A stretch of DNA of 64,000 nucleotides from Rhynchopus sp. YZ270_cl-10. Taxonomy: Eukaryota. Each line of letters starts with the position of its first letter. Position 1 is the first letter of the stretch. The DNA is taken from the NCBI GenBank assembly GCA_964035575.1, contig OZ037835.1, positions 372,001 through 436,000 on the forward strand. The letters are read 5' to 3'. Below the pieces are notes generated by a model. It was not told the DNA's origin and did no database searches. It saw only the letters and a program-made list of their open reading frames with translations. Positions 23,743-35,511 of the stretch are shown in pieces. The translations under genes were made by a program, and so were the position numbers.

Positions 23743-25779
23743 TAGGGGTCCGTTTTAGGTCTCTGGCAGGCCGGGCCTTCTTTCTGTGACCTTCCCAACC
23801 AAAAGACCCCCAAAAAACACAGGTACCTGCTGCGTTTAATGGCACTTTACCCCAGTCCCTGGAACAGATCGGCAAGCCGACCAGCCCAGGTATGCATGCC
23901 AACACTACTGGGGGTGCACTGTTCGATAGCATAAAAGAAAAGTCAAAAAGTCAAAAAGACAAGAAGGTCAAACAAAATAGGTACTTCGAACAGGGCTGAC
24001 AGGAGGGGATTCTCACCCGAGGTTCGGTGCCTGTCAGGCTGCGATTAGTGGTTCTGGGTGATTCCCTTCTTCCTAGCCACCGTTACCGCGGTGCCCGCAC
24101 CGTAAGAGAGTGGGGACGGTTCACGACCGTTCGTACGCGTCAGCAAAAGTAGGGGTCGGAGTCCAGGCCCGAACCGGAAACATTAACCTCCGTTTTTCGA
24201 AACATTAAAAAGTAAAAATGAAAAAGAAAAATCAACAGCAAGAGCAGTGTTGCTGTAAAAGAAACAGCAGCACCGTCAGCTAACATGCCACACATTATGG
24301 CAGACGGCCACACAAAATTCCCCTGATTTGTACAGAGAAAGTTGTAACTTCTTCCTTACAAGTAAGGGAGTGCCGGCAGGGAAGGAGTTACAACAAACAG
24401 TGAACAAACTCAAGTACCAGCCTTTCCGCGTAGCACAGACCCTACATTTGGTAGTTGGTCTGCCCTACTGCCTCATCTGCACCGTAGCTGGACGCCACGA
24501 CGACAACTCCTTCATCTATCAACGTACCAAAGCACGTGAAAATAGAACAAAAACAAACACATTGGAAAAACAACAGAGCATGTACCTGCAGATCCACAGT
24601 TGTTTCACGTACAGTGCATACACCCTGAAAGTTTAACCTCTTCCTTCTAGCACAGACGTTGGTCTGCCCTACTGCCTCTTCTGCACCGTAGCTGGACGCC
24701 ACGACGACAACTCCTTCATCTTCAACGTACCAAAGCACGTGAAAATGGAACAAAAACAAACACATTGGAAAACAACAGAGCATGTACCTGCAGAGTGCAT
24801 ACACCCTGAAAGTTTAACCTCTTCCTTCTAGCACAGACGTTGGTCTGCCCTACTGCCTCTTCTGCACCGTAGCTGAATGCCACGGCGACAACTCCTTCAT
24901 CTATCAACGTACCAAAGCACGTGAAAATAGAACAAAAATAAACACATTGGAAAAACAGCAGAGCATGTACCTGCAGATCCACAGTTGTTTCACGTACAGT
25001 GCATACACCCTGAAAGTTTAACCTCTTCCTTCTAGCACAGACGTTGGTCTGCCCTACTGCCTCTTCTGCACCGTAGCTGAATGCCACGGCGACAACTTGT
25101 ACCCACCTGCGAATGAATGTTCGCAGATCCCTTCTTCTACTAACGTAAAAAAAAACGTAAAAACAGACCAAAAACTACAACATGCCACACTGAATTAACG
25201 ACAGAGCACGCACCTGCAGATCCACAGATGTTTCACTACGGTGTACACAGCCTGAGGTTAAACACATAACACAAGAATTCTACTACGGCAAAAAGATGAA
25301 AACTGAACTGAACTGAACAAAACTACAACACACCACACTGAATACACAAGAGCACGTACCTGCTGATCCACAGTTGTTTCACATACAGTGTACGCACCAA
25401 CAAAGCAACAAAACGTTCCCATGCGGTCAAACGACAACACAGGAACAGCAACAATATTCCGTCACCAGTAGAGACACCGGCAACGCTTCCTTCTTGTACC
25501 TGGGATCCCCTCATCGGCATCAACACACTCCCAGTCACCGCACAGGTAACAGATCCTTGAAACCCCTCGAAGGGGTTTGCGTAGCCTACATAAGCTGGTG
25601 ATCTGCCCGAAATTGACTGTGATGTTGTGTTAATAACCAGGGTTCCCACATCGGCTTGTTCCTCCTCCGGTCCCGAGCGAATCCATCATTGGAGAGGCGG
25701 CCGCCCACGCTGACTCAGTACCATGCGAACACGGCGTCCAGGGGCCCCACTTGGCGGTTGGTCAGACGTTAATTGCCCC
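23743..25779 (-). mobile_element. 2.0-kb insertion with 18-19 bp TSD (probable non-autonomous retroposon)
   Basis: cttcttactttccgtcagg occurs at 23724-23742 and 25780-25798. The minus-strand 5' end folds like a degenerate HDV-type ribozyme. Confidence 0.8.
24420..25390. repeat. Tandem ~180-200-bp repeats (ggtctgccctactgcctcttctgcaccgtagctg...), with related copies at ~22360-22630 and 1-60
   Basis: Four clear cores at about 24457, 24661, 24842 and 25045, plus degenerate half-units up to 25390. Positions 25381-25443 match window positions 1-60. Confidence 0.8.
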
Positions 25780-25780
25780 C
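25708..25780 (-). ncRNA. Putative (degenerate) HDV-like self-cleaving ribozyme
   Basis: Minus strand reads GGGGGC..CGTCTGA CCA ACCGCCAAG TGG GGCCCCT GG AC GCCGTG-TTCG-CATGGT ACTGAG TCAGCG. P1, P2, P3, P1.1 and P4 appear in the expected order, but L3 is non-canonical. Confidence 0.5.
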
Positions 25781-26975
25781 TTCTTACTTTCCGTCAGGAT
25801 GATTGTATCTCCAGCACTCAGCTGCGTGATGTCGTCTCCTTCGTCCTTCCCTCCGAAGCCCATGTGGAAGCTGTCCTCAGCCAACCCCACTGCAGACGCC
25901 ACCTTCTGCCGCATCGTCTCCGTTGTGTCATCCACACCCACCTCGATCGCATACGAGTTGTCTGCACAGTCCTTGATAACTACTTCCATTTTGTCTTCTA
26001 TTCTTTGTGTTGCTCTGTTGTGTGGTGGGTTTGTGGGAGTTGGGGCTGTGGTGGGTGAACATGGTCAAAGAAAAACAACAACGAGGAGAACAAGGGTGAT
26101 AGGGGTGTGCACAAGGTGCAGGTAGTGGGGCCTTTTGATGGAAAACATGTTGTTGCGTACTTCGAGAAGAGGTACGCTCCTAAGGACTCATCGCTTTTGT
26201 TGGAAATGTGCAGAAGGGTGTGGGGTGATCGAGGGTCTTATTTGCGAACCACTCGGGTTTCCTCAACACACGACACCACCTGGCCACTGAACCACACCAA
26301 GGAAGAAAGAGCACACAATGTCCGTCCCCTCCACGCTCCTCACATTTTGTTTTGTATTTCTATTTTTTGGCTTTTTGTTACATTGTTGGAACAGGGCCGC
26401 TGAGAGCTGTTCACAAAGCACCATGTGTTCCTTTGCATTCGCACACAAAGCTCTGCACATTTCTCTACCATGCACCACATTTTAGAAATGGGACGATGCT
26501 GCCTTGTAGGTGCTTGGAGCTTATCCCTGTTGAAAACCACATTGTTATGTTCTTCCTTTTTGATTTCAACATTTTTTATTCATTTGTAGTTTTGTTGTTT
26601 GGGAGACATGCCACACATATCGGTTCTGTGGAAAAAGCGGCACGGAACCACCTGTGCTGCCCCTTTTCACCCGCCAAACACCCCAAAAAATCGTTTGGGG
26701 GTGTTTAAGAACATCCCGGTACCTTTGCGCTTTTTATGAATTTTCCTTCCTTACTTCAAAAAGTCTGTCCTTATTTTTGAAAAAGATGAAAAAGCAGAGA
26801 GTTAGACAGCAAAAAAACGTTTGTGTGAAAAAGCTTTTTCTGTCAAGTGTTTTTGTGTGTTGGCGGAGAAGAAAACAGTTTACAATAAAAGACCCCTGCG
26901 TCGGTTTTCTTATTCACAACAAAAACACGTCTTTTGCCCCCACCCCACCACCCCTATCCACCACTCTCACAACGG

Positions 26976-27430
26976 TCAAATAAATGATTGTGCTTTTTTC
27001 TTCCCCGCCTCCACCAACCCTTTGAGAACACGTCCGCACCACATGAACACCTCTGTGTCCTTAATGGTAACGTCCTTTTGTAAAGACCTGGAAACGGAGG
27101 CTTCATGCCCGTAGCCAGATTCGACATATCCCAAGGGAGTGACTGCAGAGAGAAACGCAGCCCGCCACTGCTCTGCCTTGTCATTGTCCCGCTCACGTTT
27201 TAGGTTCAAGTTCTCTATGGCATCCGTGGCAACACCCGAGACGCTCATATCCACCTCCTGCAGACACACACAAATGACTCGAGCCTTGTTCAGATCCACT
27301 TCCACCCATGATGGCGTGTCTGGGGTTAGGTTGCATCCGGTCAGCCAGTCGCCAAGCTGAGAAGCAGAGAAGTTCGACGGCACGCTTTCCGCGACGTTCC
27401 AGGTACAGCAACGTGCGAGAAAGGTGTCGG
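26976..27430 (-). pseudogene. Fragment of an inositol polyphosphate 5-phosphatase (EEP-fold) gene
   Basis: In-frame CCTWNVAES (27384-27410) is followed by ICVCLQEVDMS and EQW, matching the N-terminal 5-phosphatase motifs TWNV and xLQE. The C-terminal catalytic motifs are absent. Confidence 0.65.
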
Positions 27431-29197
27431 CAGGGAGGGCAAAGGTCGAGACTCACACCGACGTCGCAGAATGGGACAAGCAGCTGTCACAGCGGAGCTG
27501 CTCTACGTTCCTTGCCTAGCTTCTCCTGTCGCTCTTTACGAAACACTGCAGCAATGTACGGCTGCTTTCGTGTTGTCGTTCCCACGTGTCGGAGGTGCGT
27601 CAACCACATACTTCTTCAGGTTGCTTTCACGTACTCGACTGGACACAGCACTGCTGCAGCCGGCAAGGTGGATGCTCCTCAACGAAGTGCAGTAGCCAGC
27701 AGGAAGCACACCAAAGTGCGTCACTCTGCTGAGTGGTGATAGGTCGAGTTCTGTGAGGCTGCTGCAGTGGGAAAGAAAGCTTGTACCAATTTTGGTAACA
27801 ATGCTGAGTGGGGATAAGTCTACTACTTTGAGGCTGATGCAGTAGGCAAGAAACCTGTCATTAATATGCGTAACATTGCGAAGTGGTGATAAGTCGACTA
27901 CTGTGAGGCTGGTGCAGTTGTGAAGAAAGTTGGTACCAATGTGAGTAACATTGCGGAGTGGTATTAAGTCCACTGATGTGAGGCTGGTGCAGAAGGCAAG
28001 AAACCAGCCATCAATTTGTGTAACATTATGAAGTGGTGATAAGTCGACTACTGTGAGGCTGACGCAGCTGGAAAGAAAGCTGCTACCAATCCGCGTGATA
28101 CGTGTCAACCCAGACAGGTCGATGCTTGTCAACGCTGAGCAGTCCTGAAGAAACGCAGCGCCGATTTCCGTCACACAGCACACAGCACTCAGATCAAGTG
28201 CTGTTAACGATGTGCTCGCAAGGAACCCATTCGGAATGACAGTCGCAACCTCCGCCTGCAGAAGCAAACACGCAACCTCAGGATCCTCCACAGTCGCCAG
28301 TCTCTCTGCTAATAAACGTTTTTAAAAATAGGATGGAGCACCCCGGTCCGAAAAGGAATGCAGCCACCCCTGGCTTCAGGCTCGCGAACCCAGTATTGCA
28401 GTAACACTGGGTCTCACGGGCCAAAAACCGAACAAAGAAAAGGAAAATGTTTGGGTTCAGCGACAGCGCCAATGGGCTGATGCGACGCTGAACCAACTTA
28501 AAATAAAATAAAAAAATCTTGTATCAACTTGAAAAAGAAAAGCAATGAACAGCAACAGAGCCATTTGGGCTTACGCGTCGCTAAAGTAACTGAAAAACAA
28601 TGTTTTAAAAACAAGAATGTCGTTGACCAAGATTGAAATACACGAAAAAGGTAAAATACTAAGAATTGCCTCATATTCCATGGGCATCGTTTCTGATGTT
28701 GTAGTTTGTCTGCTGAGTGATCACGCGCCCCCCCTGCTAGGGAGGTCTTAGGTTCATGCTTCGGCTTGCACGTAAAAGCTACCATGTCGCGAAGTTAGCG
28801 GTCCTCGTATTCCATGAGGCATTTCTGATGATGTAGTTTGTCTGCTGAGTGATCACGCGCCCCCCCTGCTAGGGAGGTCTTAGGTTCATGCTTCGGCTTG
28901 CACGTAAAGAACTACCATGTCGCCGAAGTTAGCGGTCCTCGTATTCCATGAGGCATTTCTGATGTTGTTTGACTGCTGAGTGATCACGCGCCCCCCCTAC
29001 TAGCCTATACATAGCGTGCGAACGGCTCATTCGCATCATTCGCATCCTGTTCGCATTGGGTATTCGCATCCTGTTCGCATTGGCCAATGCGAACAGGATG
29101 CGAATGACATGCGAATAACATTTATTATGGGGTGGCGACAGGCAAGTTCTCATTTTTTGGTCAATTTCCGCACTACACAGTACACACAGTACACACA

Positions 29198-29644
29198 ATA
29201 TACACAGTATACACATTATACACAGTATACACAGTATACACAGTATACACAGTATACACAGTATACACAGTATACACAGTATACACAGTATACACAGTAT
29301 ACACAGTATACACAGTATACACAGTATACACAGTATACACAGTATACACAGTATACACAGTATACACAGTATACACAGTATACACAGTATACACAGTATA
29401 CACAGTATACACAGTATACACAGTATACACAGTATACACAGTATACACAGTATACACAGTATACACAGTATACACAGTATACACAGTATACACAGTATAC
29501 ACAGTATACACAGTATACACAGTATACACAGTATACACAGTATACACAGTATACACAGTATACACAGTATACACAGTATACACAGTATACACAGTATACA
29601 CAGTATACACAGTATACACAGTATACACAGTATACACAGTATAC
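29198..29644. repeat. (TATACACAG)n minisatellite, about 49 units
   Basis: Read directly from the sequence. Confidence 0.95.
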
Positions 29645-30043
29645 CATAGCTGATAAGCAATAAAGCCTAATAGGATATTGGCCTATTTAAGCCTTATAGA
29701 ATAGGCTAATGAATGGAATAGGCTAATATTTTATTAGCCTATTCCAGTCCTTCCCAGCTACCACTGGTGGTACGGTGGTAGCTGGCTTAACCCGTTAAAC
29801 AAATCCGAAAAATCCAAAATTTAAGGCCAACTCCGTTACAGACACAACACAACTTATTTCTCTTGTGTTTTTCACTGATGAGCGTGAGTGAGGTGTATGT
29901 TACAGCACCAACTGCAGCCTACGTCTAAGATGGCATATAATAGGCTATTAGCCCAATATTAGCCTATTATAAGACATACTGTGGGTGTTATAACGTTATC
30001 GATAACGTTATAACAAGTGTTATTTTGGAATAACGTTATTCAG

Positions 30044-30653
30044 CAGTACAGTACAGTACAGTACAGTACAGTACAGTACAGTACAGTACAGTACAGTACA
30101 GTACAGTACAGTACAGTACAGTACAGTACAGTACAGTACAGTACAGTACAGTACAGTACAGTACAGTACAGTACAGTACAGTACAGTACAGTACAGTACA
30201 GTACAGTACAGTACAGTACAGTACAGTACAGTACAGTACAGTACAGTACAGTACAGTACAGTACAGTACAGTACAGTACAGTACAGTACAGTACAGTACA
30301 GTACAGTACAGTACAGTACAGTACAGTACAGTACAGTACAGTACAGTACAGTACAGTACAGTACAGTACAGTACAGTACAGTACAGTACAGTACAGTACA
30401 GTACAGTACAGTACAGTACAGTACAGTACAGTACAGTACAGTACAGTACAGTACAGTACAGTACAGTACAGTACAGTACAGTACAGTACAGTACAGTACA
30501 GTACAGTACAGTACAGTACAGTACAGTACAGTACAGTACAGTACAGTACAGTACAGTACAGTACAGTACAGTACAGTACAGTACAGTACAGTACAGTACA
30601 GTACAGTACAGTACAGTACAGTACAGTACAGTACAGTACAGTACAGTACAGTA
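30044..30653. repeat. (CAGTA)122 microsatellite
   Basis: Read directly from the sequence. Confidence 0.95.
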
Positions 30654-31099
30654 CCCCTGCTAACGACCCACCCAGAGTGGGACAAAAAAAGCTCATCCCA
30701 AAATATGCCGATCACAAAAAAACACAAAAAACCCCGATCATCCAACAATCACACACCCACAGAATTCACACACTACTATAACATTCGCACTACGTTCGCA
30801 TCATTCGCACTATGTTCGCACTGTGTTCGCATCGTTCGCATCATTCGCACATGCGAATATAGTGCGAATATAGTGCGAATGATGCGAATGATGCGAACGA
30901 CAATGCGAATGAATGCGAACAGGATGCGAATGCATTCGCACATGCGAATATATGCGAATGGTCATTCGCACGCTATGTATGACTAGGGAGGTCTTAGGTT
31001 CATGCTTCGGCTTGCACGTAAAAGCTACCATGTCGCGAAGTTAGCGGTCCTCGTATTCCATGAGGCACTTCAGATGTTGTTCTTCTTTTTCTTCTTGTT

Positions 31100-31165
31100 C
31101 CGAGTCTTTGCCGCAGTCCACTGCGTTGCCCGGGGTCACCTCGTGGAGGTGCTCGGTAAAACCCC
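31100..31165 (-). ncRNA. HDV-like self-cleaving ribozyme at the 5' end of the 28311-31164 insertion
   Basis: Minus strand: GGGGTT(P1) TTA CCGAGC(P2) ACC(P3) TCCACGA(L3) GGT GACCCC(P1') GG GCAAC GCAGT-GG-ACTGC(P4) GGCAAA GACTCGG(P2'). It follows the HDV layout, including GGGCAAC and GGCRAA. Confidence 0.75.
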
Positions 31166-32558
31166 AGTCGCCAGTCTCTCTGCTGTGATGTCCTCACCCA
31201 ACGCATGAAGTGCTGCTCTGGCCACGAACTTCCTACTTTCCGTCAGGATGATTGTATCTCCAGCACTCAGCTGCGTGATGTCGTCTCCTTCGTCCTTCCC
31301 TCCGAAGCCCATGTGGAAGCTGTCCTCAGCCAACCCCACTGCAGACGCCACCTTCTGCCGCATCGTCTCCGTTGTGTCATCCACACCCACCTCGATCACA
31401 TACGAGTTGTCTGCACAGTCCTTGATAACTACTTCCATTTTGTCTTCTATTCTTTGTGTTGCTCTGTTGTGTGGTGGGGTTGTGGGAGTTGGGGCTGTGG
31501 TGGGTGAACATCGTGAAAGAAAAACAACACCTCACCAAAGACGCTTCCTTTGTAGGTAGCCGTACACATTGAGGAGCACTCATGCGGACTACGCCACTTT
31601 GTGTAATATTGCTCTTTACGTCTTTTCCTTCTGTAGTATAAAAGGATTCGGCCAACATTGAGTACAGACCCTCTTCTGGGTACTTAGGCGAGTTGTCGAA
31701 GGATCAAAGCCCGCGAGTGAGACACTGTCAGAGTGTCAAGGTTGTATCCGTAGCTGTTCTCCAGCGTGAGGAGTTGCCCAGCCCGTCAAGATCAATGTGA
31801 ACTCGGTGTGCAGTGAGCCCGAGCATGAAAGGTCCCAACACGCCGTCACCATCGGAAGTTGCTCATCCCCACTTACATGAAAGGCAAACGACCCGTTAGC
31901 ACAGTCCTCCACGTCTGAGCACAGCGCAACGTGGGCAGCACCCTCGTCATTGGAGCAGCAGTTCTCGGTGCGTAAGGAAGCAGGGCGAACCGAGAGACAC
32001 TATTTCAGGGACACCCAGTTCGCCCTTGAATTGCTCGACATGTCTTTTTTCAGTGTAACAAAATGAAATACACCCTTCTTTATTTATTCGTTGTTTATTG
32101 TTTGTTGATCGCATCCATCCACCCGTTTTTTATTCAAACCCCAAAAGTCCCGCAAAAACCCGCGTCCTGAAGTACGGGGGAGGTGGAGCACAAAAGGGGG
32201 GAAGGGGAAAACGGCAAGACTCATGACAACCGAAGAACGGCATCTTTCATTTCCAGACGTATTTGAAATCCCAAAATCCACCTATGTTTTTACCCCACCG
32301 GTGTTTGTTGTCTTACTGTAGACATATTGAAACAGCACTCCTACTGTACTGTACTGTACTGTTTCCCACCCCCGCAAACAATAAAGACAAAAGGGAGAGG
32401 TGGTGAAACGCACACACCTCGACCTGTCGGTGAAGTGTGGCTCTACTCCAACCCACCCGACAATAGGAAACAAGGAAGGGAGTTGGTGTACGGTGTTCAA
32501 TTTCTTTTTTTGGCATTGCATGTAACCATATCAAAATCATGTCAGCGCGACTTCGTTT

Positions 32559-33683
32559 TTATCTCCCCCAGTTGCATCCGCACAAACGTTTGAACAAGCT
32601 GAGCCCCTCCGTTGGGTGGTCATCATCATCGCAATCATCATCAGCACCCATAAGCTTCTTCAGCTCGCCTTCACGTACTCGGCTGGACACAGCACTGCTG
32701 CAGCCGGCAAGGTGGATGCTCCTCAACGAAGTGCAGTTGTCAGCAGCGTGCTCTTCCATGACCGTAACATTGCTGAATGGCGACAGATCTAGTTCTGTAA
32801 GGCCGGTGCAGGAGTACAGAAAGTACTCATTAATGTGTGTAAGATTGCTGAGTGGTGATAAGTCCAACACTGTAAGGCTGTGGCAGTGGCGAAGGAATGC
32901 GTGACCAATATGTGTAACATTGCTGAGTGGTGACAAATCTAACATTGTCAGGCTCGTGCAGTGGTCAAGAAAGCTGGACCCAATTGCCGTAACATTGCGA
33001 AGTGGTGATAAGTCCACTGCGGAGAGGCTGGCGCAGTTGTGCAGAAATCTGCAACCAGTATGTGCAACATTGCGAAGTGGTGATAAGTCCACTGCTGTGA
33101 GGCTGCTGCAGTTGTCAAGAAAGCTTGGCCCAATTTGTGCAACATTGCAAAGCGGCGATAAGTCCACTGCTGTGAGGTTTATGCAGGCACAAAGAAAGTT
33201 GGTACCAATCCGCATGAGACGTGTCAACCCAGAAAGGTCGACGCTGGTCAACGACCTACACCAGTGAAGAAAATAATCACCGATTTCCGTCACACAGGAC
33301 ACAGCACTCAGATCAAGTGCTGTTAACGATGTGCGCGCCAGGAACCTATTCGGAATGACAGTCGCAACCTCCGCCTGCAGAAGCAAACACGCAACCTCAG
33401 CATCCTCCACAGTCACCAGCCTCTCTGCTGTGATGTCCTCACCCAACGCATGAAGTGCTGCTCTGGCCACAAACTTCTTACTTTCCGTCAGGATGATTGT
33501 GTCTCCAGCACTCAGCTGCGTGATGTCGTCTCCTTCGTCCTTCCCTCCGAAGCCCATGTGGAAGCTGTCCTCAGCCAACCCCACTGCAGACGCCACCTTC
33601 TGCCGCATCGTCTCCGTTGTGTCATCCACACCCACCTCGATCACATACGAGTTGTCTGCACAGTCCTTGATAACTACTTCCAT
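32559..33683 (-). CDS. UBL-LRR protein copy 6 (374 aa; ~8 LRRs; acidic/Cys tail ..LFKRLCGCNWGR)
   Basis: Intact ORF. The start was placed at MEVVIK (33683) by comparison with paralogs. Confidence 0.9.
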   Translation of the reverse strand: MEVVIKDCADNSYVIEVGVDDTTETMRQKVASAVGLAEDSFHMGFGGKDEGDDITQLSAGDTIILTESKKFVARAALHALGEDITAERLVTVEDAEVACLLLQAEVATVIPNRFLARTSLTALDLSAVSCVTEIGDYFLHWCRSLTSVDLSGLTRLMRIGTNFLCACINLTAVDLSPLCNVAQIGPSFLDNCSSLTAVDLSPLRNVAHTGCRFLHNCASLSAVDLSPLRNVTAIGSSFLDHCTSLTMLDLSPLSNVTHIGHAFLRHCHSLTVLDLSPLSNLTHINEYFLYSCTGLTELDLSPFSNVTVMEEHAADNCTSLRSIHLAGCSSAVSSRVREGELKKLMGADDDCDDDDHPTEGLSLFKRLCGCNWGR

Positions 33684-34740
33684 TTTGTCTTCTATTCTTT
33701 GTGTTGCTCTGTTGTGTGGTGGGGTTGTGGGGTTGTGGGAGTTGGGGCTGTGGTGGGTGAACATGGTCAAAGAAAAACAACACCTCACCAAAGCCGCTTC
33801 CAACGACGACACCATTAAAAACTGTTATTCACACAAATTGCAACAAAGGGGGGGAGAGCTCAAACAAGTCTTTGTATATATTACACACAGTATTTCCACA
33901 TTTAAACAATCCCTTAGTATCAACCAACGTGAATAGAAGTTGGCCCACGTACTACCACGTTAGCAGCGCCTGCATGATAAACCACGCTGGTAGGTAACAG
34001 GAGAGGAACAGAGAGCACAGTTGCTGGGGGTGGTGAAACACACACCTCGACCTGTCGGTGAAATGTGGCTCTACTCCAAGCCGCCCCGGATTAGAAAAAT
34101 GGAAAAAGCATGGGAGTACGGTGTTCAATTACCTTTTAGCATTGCATGTAATCATAAAATTGAAACCGCACCCTACTTGTCATTTTTATGTTTTTCCCCC
34201 ACCCCCACAAACAATAAAGCAATAAAAACAATAAAGACAAAAGAGAGAGGATGTGGCGAAACGCACACACCCAAAAACAAGATCACTATCTTGGCCACCT
34301 CAGCTTTGCTGATGATTTCATACCCCCTCCCCTTTCTTTCAACCGTTACGGTGGACTCCCCCACCAGCGCGGCCTTTCCCCTTAGGCGTGCACGACCGAG
34401 CGTTCGGTCCCTGCCGATATTTCGGCACTGTCAGTGACCCACACAAAACCACGCAACTCACACCCGTGTATGTGTCCGCCGATATTTCGGCACCGTCCGC
34501 ATCGCTCACACACGAGCAAACTCCACCGATTTTTCGGTGCACGTGTTCTTACCCCTGTTTCAATCACTCGCGGATCGATTACAAAATAATAAAAACCCCT
34601 GTCATCCTTTGTTTAGTTGGTACGCTACCCACGTCATACGCCTGAAGTACAGAAATGAGGTGAGTGCACAATAATAGGGGAAAGGAATAAACGACAAGTC
34701 TCAGATGTTTCAATCATTTCCCACCACAAAGTATTTGTCC

Positions 34741-35511
34741 CAAGGATATCTCTAAATCCGTCCCTTTTTGGCCAAATTCCGAAATCCCAATCCAAAAAAT
34801 TCCCTGTTTTTTTGGTATAGTTTTTGGGCTGTTTTTTTGACTTTTTTGTGGGGGGAAAAAAAAATTTCCCGATTGTCGTCAGGGCTCTCGCCGGGGGTCA
34901 TTTGGGGTCCCGAGCTTTCCCCCCGTAAAAGCGGTCGCTGCGCGCGCTTCGCGCGCGCGACTCCCTGCCAGTGCAGGGAGGCGTGGCGCTTTCTCCCCTC
35001 TAGGCAGGTGGGGAGGGTGAACCACAATCCGTAGTGTGTCAGCCTTATCAGTAACCTCGGTACATTTATGAAAGAAACGGCAGTCATGGCACCCAAAGGT
35101 TCCTGGCGAAGCCACGGTACGCAACATTTGAGATCTCCTCCGTCTTCCAACCCTCATAATTGAATGCGATTGACACGTCTTGTCCTTCTTCTTGTGCACA
35201 ACCTCAAATGTCTCTGATGCTGGACGTTTGCCTGCAACTGACGTGAACATCCGCACTCACAACTACAGCAACCGCCTGCAGAGCCAATTTTTTCCTCAAA
35301 AATCCGGGACTTTTTTTTTTTTTTCCTTTTCCCCTTTTTTCGCTTTATTTGATCGCGTTGATCGATCGCATCCCACAGGCGAAACTCTCTGGGGGTGGGG
35401 TGGGGTAGAATGTACCTGAAATTGCTGTAGGGAAAAACAGGGAATTTTTTTCAGGGAATTTTTTTATTTTTCCGAAATCCCAATCCCAATCCAGAATTAG
35501 AAAAATCCCTG
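34741..35511. mobile_element. Non-autonomous hAT-like element, 8-bp TSD
   Basis: atttgtcc occurs at 34733-34740 and 35512-35519. Imperfect TIR caaggatatctctaa / ttagaaaaatccctg. The empty site is visible in the paralogous spacer at about 38510-38517. Confidence 0.88.

Larger units (their letters stand above)
22849..25989 (-). pseudogene. UBL-LRR gene copy 4, split by a 2-kb insertion
   Basis: UBL part at 25780-25989 and LRR part at 22849-23742. There is also a small duplicated piece at about 23699-23735. Confidence 0.85.
29004..30981. mobile_element. Nested TIR element carrying two microsatellite arrays
   Basis: TIR atacatagcgtgcgaa at 29007 and ttcgcacgctatgtat ending at 30980. actag is duplicated at 28999-29003 and 30982-30986. 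Subterminal tgcgaat/attcgca repeats. Confidence 0.75.
28311..31164 (-). mobile_element. Retroposon-like insertion at the same gene position as the 602-bp elements; shares their ~60-bp end; 19-20 bp TSD
   Basis: cagtcgccagtctctctgct occurs at 28291-28310 and 31165-31184. Positions 28313-28370 match 4401-4458. It contains ~122-bp tandem repeats and a nested TIR element. Confidence 0.85.
27536..31438 (-). pseudogene. UBL-LRR gene copy 5, split by a 2.85-kb composite insertion (CCSVS tail)
   Basis: UBL part at 31165-31438 and LRR part at 27536-28310. Confidence 0.88.

Noticed and set aside
24420..25390. CRISPR-like appearance of regularly spaced repeats (also the 72-bp periodicity of the LRR genes and 28672-29000)
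   Set aside because: The intervening sequences are themselves repeated rather than unique spacers, there are no cas genes, and the context is eukaryotic.
28820..28930. Hammerhead ribozyme core (CTGATGA) in the 122-bp repeat
   Set aside because: Present in one unit only, with no properly placed GAAA or flanking stems.
28929..30781. Long ORFs of ILC/YTQ/YTV/YCV/QYSTV/VLYCT repeats
   Set aside because: They are translations of the (TATACACAG)n and (CAGTA)n satellites, open in several frames on both strands.
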